A stretch of DNA of 64,000 nt from an uncultured virus (IMG/VR IMGVR_UViG_3300031216_000010) (lineage: Duplodnaviria; Heunggongvirae; Uroviricota; Caudoviricetes): IMG/VR virus record IMGVR_UViG_3300031216_000010; one strand, given 5' to 3'. Made by a program: the position numbers and the translations under genes. This document shows, piece by piece, positions 58,948 through 64,000 of the stretch. How positions within the stretch are numbered: the stretch's first letter is position 1; every line of letters begins with the position of its first letter. Below the pieces are notes generated by a model, which worked only from the letters and a program-made list of their open reading frames with translations, ran no database searches and was not told the DNA's origin.

Positions 58948-59482
58948 GTCTAACGCCGTAATGAAGGCAATCAAGGACGCCCTAAGCGATTCCTTGATTG
59001 GCCCCTTCTATATGGCCTTAGAGGAACTGTTATCGGAACTCGATGCCCGTGAAGCTGCCTTAGACGCCCGTGAAGCTGCCTTAGACGCCCGCGCCCTAGA
59101 CTTAGAGCGGGTTAAACAGGATAAGGTGGCCACGGATATCTCTCAGAAGAGGTATACTCCCCCGTCAACTTACGACAAGAACGGAACCTCGTATGTTGAG
59201 GTCGAAGCCTTGCCTGACAGGGAGCGCCACGTCTTAGCCACCATACAGGTCTTAGCGTCTAGTGGCGAGCTTTTGATCTCGAATGCTGACTTGCTCCAAC
59301 ACGTTAGGACGGAATTTGATCCCGTATCACTGAGCGGCCTGACGGCTTGCTTGACTCGCCTCACCCATAAAAAACTTATATCTACTAGGAATATGAGTGG
59401 TCAGGGGTATCCTCGCATCATTGTGGTGGAGGAAGAGCTAGAAGACCCTGAGTCTTTGACCCATGTGGAGTATTCCAAATGA
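58940..59482 (+). CDS. Coiled-coil plus winged-helix protein
   Basis: GAGGAG RBS; 21-bp tandem repeat (LDAREAA) at about 59042-59090. Confidence 0.6.
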   Translation: MSESNAVMKAIKDALSDSLIGPFYMALEELLSELDAREAALDAREAALDARALDLERVKQDKVATDISQKRYTPPSTYDKNGTSYVEVEALPDRERHVLATIQVLASSGELLISNADLLQHVRTEFDPVSLSGLTACLTRLTHKKLISTRNMSGQGYPRIIVVEEELEDPESLTHVEYSK

Positions 59483-60096
59483 CAGATTTCGGCCAGAGTA
59501 GCAGCGGCGACTTCAACACATCATCTTCGGCCCTCAGGGTTCTCTATGAGGGGACGCGCCAGACCTACGGCACCAACCTGACGCCCGATTCGTTCACACA
59601 AACCAATCCACCTGTGATCACAACACCGGGTACTATCTAAACGACCTTGGGGCCGGTGCCTGATAGGGGTGTTCTCGGGGCCTCGATTGCCTTTACCCGA
59701 CCCGATGTTGGGAATGGATTTGTAGGTGGCCCTTCGGCTGTTGACCCTGCTACAGGGAAAATTCGTCCGCTCGGCCTTTACATGAACAGCGCCAACGATT
59801 GGGACTATGCTAATAAGCCTGCACAGGCGTCTAACAAAGGTGTCTACATCAACGGTACCCTCGGCTCTCGCCTCTATGAGACGTTTGTTCTCGACGGCGT
59901 AAGTGTGGGTGATCCTCTGGACTGGCAGGTAGGTGATTTCCTCTATGCCAGCCGTAATGGGTATCTCACGAACCTTGGGGATGCTGACAACACCCTAGAA
60001 CTTGCGCTCGGATACTCCGAAGCAACCGTCATGGGTCTTGTCCGAATTGTTGCGGACAACTCTCACCCAGACATCGTGTTTGATCCTCCTGTTTAA
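59479..60096 (+). pseudogene. Paralog of head accessory protein 4166-4822 interrupted by in-frame TAA (59638-59640)
   Basis: Shared SGDF..SSS.LR.LY, FTQTNPPVITT, RGVLG.S.AFTRPD.GNG.VGGP, RLYET.VL and LYAS.NGYLT on both sides of the stop. Confidence 0.85.
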
Positions 60097-60192
60097 AAGG
60101 ACACTTTGTCACTTTTCATCTCTATGATCCTCCGGTTTAAAGGACACAGTTTTCAGAAATGAAATGAGGCTGTTCGTGGTTCTACCCTTGAC

Positions 60193-60264
60193 GCCACCAT
60201 AGCTCAGGGGTAGAGTCCTTGCATGGTAAGCAAGTGGTCGTGAGTTCGAATCTCACTGGTGGCT
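60193..60264 (+). tRNA. tRNA-Thr(GGU)
   Basis: Cloverleaf; loop ATGGTAA; no encoded CCA. Confidence 0.88.
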
Positions 60265-60271
60265 TGAGTCT

Positions 60272-60346
60272 GGTACCTGAGGCGAAACTGGTTTACGCGC
60301 CGCACTGTGACTGCGGTTCTAGTGGGTTCGAGTCCCATCAGGTACC
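60272..60346 (+). tRNA. tRNA-His(GUG) with encoded G-1
   Basis: 8-bp acceptor GGTACCTG/CAGGTACC; loop CTGTGAC. Confidence 0.9.
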
Positions 60347-60435
60347 CTAGCTTTGGATTAGCCGATGTACATTACCTTCAGGCAAGAGGTTAATGAATCC
60401 GGCGACTTGGGTCGTAAGGCTCGCAATAGTTTCGG

Positions 60436-60765
60436 TTGATCTCGTGCCTTCCCCCGGTACCATTCTCCGATGCTAGGCTGCATTTCTTAGAGACCGTTAG
60501 ACGAGACCTTGCTATGTACCTGCCGGAAGAGGACTTTTTGGAGTTCGCAAAGGAATATGTCACGGCGGCGGGCAGTTCCTTAGATGAAGTGACCTTCCAG
60601 AAAGGAAGTTCGGCCCTTGGGCTTGTGGACATCTCAGGGATGGTTTGCGTACAATGCAGGCAAGACCCGCTTGGGTATGAGATATTCGAGTTTGAAGATG
60701 AAAGCGGGGAGAAGGTTCTTTTGATGAACTGTCGGATGACCTCTAGGTGGGTGTCCGTCCAGTAA
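60436..60765 (+). CDS. Hypothetical protein
   Basis: 109-aa ORF between tRNAs; start uncertain. Confidence 0.5.
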   Translation: MISCLPPVPFSDARLHFLETVRRDLAMYLPEEDFLEFAKEYVTAAGSSLDEVTFQKGSSALGLVDISGMVCVQCRQDPLGYEIFEFEDESGEKVLLMNCRMTSRWVSVQ

Positions 60766-60767
60766 GT

Positions 60768-60840
60768 GCCACTGTAGCTCAATTGGAAGAGCAGCCGCCT
60801 TGTAAGCGGCAGGTTATCGGTTCGAGTCCGATTAGTGGCT
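60768..60840 (+). tRNA. tRNA-Thr(UGU)
   Basis: Cloverleaf; loop CTTGTAA. Confidence 0.9.
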
Positions 60841-60842
60841 TT

Positions 60843-61208
60843 TCACTCTACAGGCGAAGCGTGCCCTGCTTCGAGCAGCACTTGGTTGAGGGAGAGGTAG
60901 CGTTCCCCTTCTTCGGGTTCGGTGGGCGTTATCTCTACTAACCACCACCCATATTTACCTGTACCCTTGTGGGATACGACCCGTACCACTTCCCCTTGCT
61001 TTTCAAACCACTTTTCGGTGAAGGCCGATGCCAGCTTCCCTTGTGCGTACTCCTCACTAGAGTGTTTGACCCCATAGACCTCTGGGGTGTCTACCCCGAG
61101 AAGTCTCGCCCTTATCTGTATGTAGGTTCGGAAGCCGAGGTCAATGCGCAGGTCCACAGTGTCCCCATCAACGACTCGTACTAAAGTAGCTTGGTATTCC
61201 CAGATCAC
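60843..61208 (-). CDS. Thermonuclease (SNase-like)
   Basis: VRVVDGDT, RLLGVDTPE, GKYGW and LN..LL..G.A. Confidence 0.85.
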   Translation of the reverse strand: MIWEYQATLVRVVDGDTVDLRIDLGFRTYIQIRARLLGVDTPEVYGVKHSSEEYAQGKLASAFTEKWFEKQGEVVRVVSHKGTGKYGWWLVEITPTEPEEGERYLSLNQVLLEAGHASPVE

Positions 61209-61265
61209 GTAATTCTCCTGTTGGAAGTTACCTTACCCTGTGGTATAAGGGGATAACCACATCAC

Positions 61266-61346
61266 GCCGGAGTGGTGGAATGGCAGACACGCCGGATTCA
61301 AAATCCGGTGCCTTCGGGCGTGCGGGTTCGAGTCCCGCCTCCGGTA
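61266..61346 (+). tRNA. tRNA-Leu(CAA)
   Basis: Long variable arm; loop TTCAAAA. Confidence 0.92.
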
Positions 61347-61355
61347 CTTATGACT

Positions 61356-61438
61356 GCGGGTGTGGTGGAATGGTATACACATGGGACTTAAAATCCCACG
61401 GCTTAACGGCCTTGAGGGTTCGAATCCCTCCACCCGCA
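61356..61438 (+). tRNA. tRNA-Leu(UAA)
   Basis: Long variable arm; loop CTTAAAA. Confidence 0.92.
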
Positions 61439-61466
61439 CTAGTGTTTTAATCAAGAGAGAAGACCA

Positions 61467-62001
61467 ATGCAAAAAGTTTCACTAGAGTCCCCTTTCGCCG
61501 GTACGTCGAGTGACCCGGTAGAGAAGAAAGCGCAGGAATGTACGGTATGCCCGAGCTTGTATGAGGGACAGCCTTCTAAAGGGGGAGGCCCCGTACGCTT
61601 CTCACCTCCTGTATACGCAGGAAGGCATCTTGGATGATGACATTCTTGAGGAGCGGACACAAGGTATTGACGCCGGTCTAATCTGGGGCGCAGAGGCGGA
61701 CAAGACTGTGATCTACGTGGACCGTGGCTTTTCGCGAGGTATGAGGTATGGTGTAGCAAATGCTCTCGCAGCAGACCGCCCGCTGGAATTCCGAGTCCTA
61801 CCTGATTACTTCCAAGAATTCGGCACCACGAGCGTTGTCGACCGCCGCATTCTCTCTGAGTTCCCTGTCAAAGACGTAGACTCACTCCTGAAAGGCTTTA
61901 TCGCAGACCTACAGAAGGTCGGAAAGTTGCCCGGAGAAGACTTCGCAGAAGACGTATTCGCCCTTTTCAACACCACCCCAACACAGGACACTGCAGCATG
62001 A
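61467..62001 (+). pseudogene. Nucleoside deoxyribosyltransferase-like (DUF4406-like) gene with frameshift near 61533
   Basis: MQKVSLESPFAG (ATG 61467) joins RNVRYARACMRDSLLKGEAPYASHLLY in the +1 frame. Confidence 0.65.
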
Positions 62002-63413
62002 CTCCCCAATATCACCAAGATTTCATCGAAGCTTATGGTCAAGAGATTTTCGACTCCATTTCGGCGGCTGTAGAGGCCAATGATCTGCCACGAGTTGCGG
62101 CCAGCCTCGTCTACCTCGTCGAAATGTGTGAGGAGGTGCTGTTCCACAATACCAAGTTCGACCTGATCGGGACAAGGCTATACGGTTTTACTCATAACCG
62201 TGAGCAGAACTCTCTGAATATGAACTACCTTCTCTACCATGAAGTGGCAGGGCAGTTGGATTACCGGACGATGGCGAGTGCTCTTTCCCGGTTCATGGCG
62301 CATGATTTCAACTCTAGCACGTTCCGTGACCTTCATATTCAACCACTTCAGTCGGTTATACCCGTCCTGTTCAACGTATTTTTTGAAGAGGTTCGGGTAT
62401 TAGAAGTGCCTCATCGGGACTCCCGCGGCCCATTGACTGTAGCAGAAGAGGTTGAATTACTGGACCAGCACAATAAGATGGTTCAAGCGCACCTTAATTA
62501 CCGTGTGAGTCACCCTGACATTCCCATTACCTCCTACCCGTCAATGGAAGATGCGTTGGAGTCCAAGCGTATCCTAACCTACCAGAGTCTTAATGAAGAC
62601 GCACAGGCGGTATACGCAGCTTTTGTCTATCTCAACGCACAAGGTGATAAGTACACCCATGCGGACATTGAACGTCTCACTGGCCTAAACCGGGGCACCG
62701 TTCGGAGTACGACTCAGTACCTCACCGACCGTAGGTTCATTGTACGCAACCCGAGCCAGCGGTACCACACCACCGACATTACGTTTGACTACCTCACCGT
62801 GGAAGAGGCATCAAACGTACTGAATACCTACCTTTACCGTAACGGTGATTACGAGAACCTGTCGTGGATGGAGACAGCGATCCTCTCGACACTCGTGACT
62901 ACGGAAGAGGTCGGGACGCCTATTCAAACCAACCTATCGGTCCTTACTCGCCGTGCGACGAACGGTAATTGGGCTAAGAGCAACGGAGACGTCAGTTCGG
63001 CAGTCTCGTCCCTCGTTATGCGGGGGGTTATCGAGAAAGACATTTCCTCGAAGCCTTACACGTATACTGTACTTGTCAGTGACCTGTCGGAAGACACGGT
63101 GCTTCGGAATGTCAAAGAGGAAGACCGCTCTGAGTTAGAGTCGCTTGGCTACCGTCTTCCAGAGGCTGTGTCTCAGGATGCCCCTGTGTCTCAGACGGTG
63201 GATGCAGGAAAAGTGACGCTCAAGCCTGTGTCCCAGCTTACGGAGGACATGGCAGCAGACACCGGGTCCAAAGAAGTAACCCTCCTTTCCGTGTTGAGAG
63301 ACACCATTCAGGGCTTGTTTTCAGGTCAGAGGTCGGTTACTATCCCGGAGTGCACCATGACTCTTGATGCTGAGGAGGGCGTGACGATCCGCTTCACACC
63401 TTCCAAAGACTAA
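61998..63413 (+). CDS. Hypothetical protein with two winged-helix-like domains
   Basis: 471 aa; DIERLTGLNRGTVRST and VSSAVSSLVMRGVIEK. Confidence 0.65.
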   Translation: MTPQYHQDFIEAYGQEIFDSISAAVEANDLPRVAASLVYLVEMCEEVLFHNTKFDLIGTRLYGFTHNREQNSLNMNYLLYHEVAGQLDYRTMASALSRFMAHDFNSSTFRDLHIQPLQSVIPVLFNVFFEEVRVLEVPHRDSRGPLTVAEEVELLDQHNKMVQAHLNYRVSHPDIPITSYPSMEDALESKRILTYQSLNEDAQAVYAAFVYLNAQGDKYTHADIERLTGLNRGTVRSTTQYLTDRRFIVRNPSQRYHTTDITFDYLTVEEASNVLNTYLYRNGDYENLSWMETAILSTLVTTEEVGTPIQTNLSVLTRRATNGNWAKSNGDVSSAVSSLVMRGVIEKDISSKPYTYTVLVSDLSEDTVLRNVKEEDRSELESLGYRLPEAVSQDAPVSQTVDAGKVTLKPVSQLTEDMAADTGSKEVTLLSVLRDTIQGLFSGQRSVTIPECTMTLDAEEGVTIRFTPSKD

Positions 63414-63425
63414 CGGGAAACTGCT

Positions 63426-63530
63426 ATGGAACATTTAGCCTTCTGCTACTGGACATTCTGTTACGGGATGATGGCTATCGGCGCATTGATTAGTGCTGTT
63501 CGGCTGGGTAAGTTCGGTCGGTTCCTTTAG
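63426..63530 (+). CDS. Small hydrophobic peptide (34 aa)
   Basis: MEHLAFCYWTFCYGMMAIGALISAVRLGKFGRFL before a terminator. Confidence 0.45.
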   Translation: MEHLAFCYWTFCYGMMAIGALISAVRLGKFGRFL

Positions 63531-63547
63531 GCAGTCCTCTTTAAATT

Positions 63548-63587
63548 AAAGCCCCCTCCTGTGTTTGGGAGGGGGCTTTTTGTTTTT
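63548..63587 (+). terminator. Rho-independent terminator
   Basis: AAAGCCCCCTCC-loop-GGAGGGGGCTTT plus T tract. Confidence 0.9.
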
Positions 63588-63701
63588 GACAGCATTTACT
63601 TGTGTGCGGTACCCTTCTAGACAATGAGGGCCTATGATGGGCTGGACCTTGCTGCGCCTCAGATTGGAATCCAAACAATACCAACGACTCCAGAGAAAGC
63701 T

Positions 63702-64000
63702 ATGAGCCTTGATTCTGACTTGAAAATCTCTGATATCGTTTATGTGAAATTCCAAACCCGTAAGCGGGAAGGTGATGAGTACATTCTTGGTTTCATGACC
63801 CCTTACGACCCCAACGACGCCGCCTTCAAGGATCGGAAAGTGACGGTCGATAGGTGGTCAGAGGGGTGGTCAAAGGAGGGTAAGAACATCCTCAATAGCG
63901 CCTCTTGGGTGGGGGTTAACGAGTCCCTAACGGGCTTTAAGATTCTCCATACGGTAAGTCGCTCTCGCACCTCGAATAAGGTCTGGCGGGTGCTAGACCC
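63702..64000 (+). CDS. Phage hypothetical protein (runs off window end)
   Basis: MSLDSDLK...LGFMTPY...TVDRW...NKVWRVLD, open to the end. Confidence 0.6.
   Translation, partial: MSLDSDLKISDIVYVKFQTRKREGDEYILGFMTPYDPNDAAFKDRKVTVDRWSEGWSKEGKNILNSASWVGVNESLTGFKILHTVSRSRTSNKVWRVLD

Noticed and set aside
1..64000. CRISPR array
   Set aside because: No regularly spaced repeats with unique spacers; the repeats seen are coding tandem units or two-copy duplications.
1..64000. Stop-codon reassignment
   Set aside because: TAA, TAG and TGA all end clear genes and coding density is high under the standard code; only one in-frame stop was seen and no suppressor tRNA.
33000..64000. Bacterial chromosome flanking a prophage
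   Set aside because: Host-like genes are isolated among short phage-type ORFs, lack their usual operon partners and include a paralog of a capsid-operon gene; no integrase or att junction was seen.

Overview
This is a 64-kb segment of a large (probably jumbo) contractile-tailed dsDNA phage genome, almost entirely on the + strand. A myxobacterial-type Cys-rich lipoprotein suggests a Myxococcota or Bradymonadia-like host (inference). Positions 1-33 kb hold a virion morphogenesis module: a split HK97-type prohead protease, scaffold, head accessory protein, major capsid protein, putative neck/tail-completion proteins and a 1526-aa tail sheath. Interspersed among them are a LAGLIDADG-DNA methyltransferase fusion, Dps, a CCA-adding enzyme and an actin-like ATPase. 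Positions 33-64 kb are accessory and host-takeover genes: GroEL, Cys-rich lipoprotein, DHH phosphoesterase, Apyc1-like MBL hydrolase, HNH, DUF1848, AAA ATPase, tandem cold-shock protein, Pol-beta nucleotidyltransferase, dUTPase, ECF sigma, NfuA, GyrB/ParE, Lon, thermonuclease and six tRNAs without encoded CCA. The most striking unexplained structure is a ~25-aa N-terminal leader (LI[RK]L[AG]xxxPELRx[HD][IL]xP, then [KR]x[AGS]). It is fused to seven unrelated proteins, is duplicated at DNA level and also occurs as an empty cassette, making it a candidate modular capsid-loading tag. Also visible are a recurrent GGTWAT-N4-TTRT putative late promoter, several frameshifted accessory genes and a stop-interrupted second copy of the head accessory gene. 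All family calls come from recognising motifs by eye; no searches were run.
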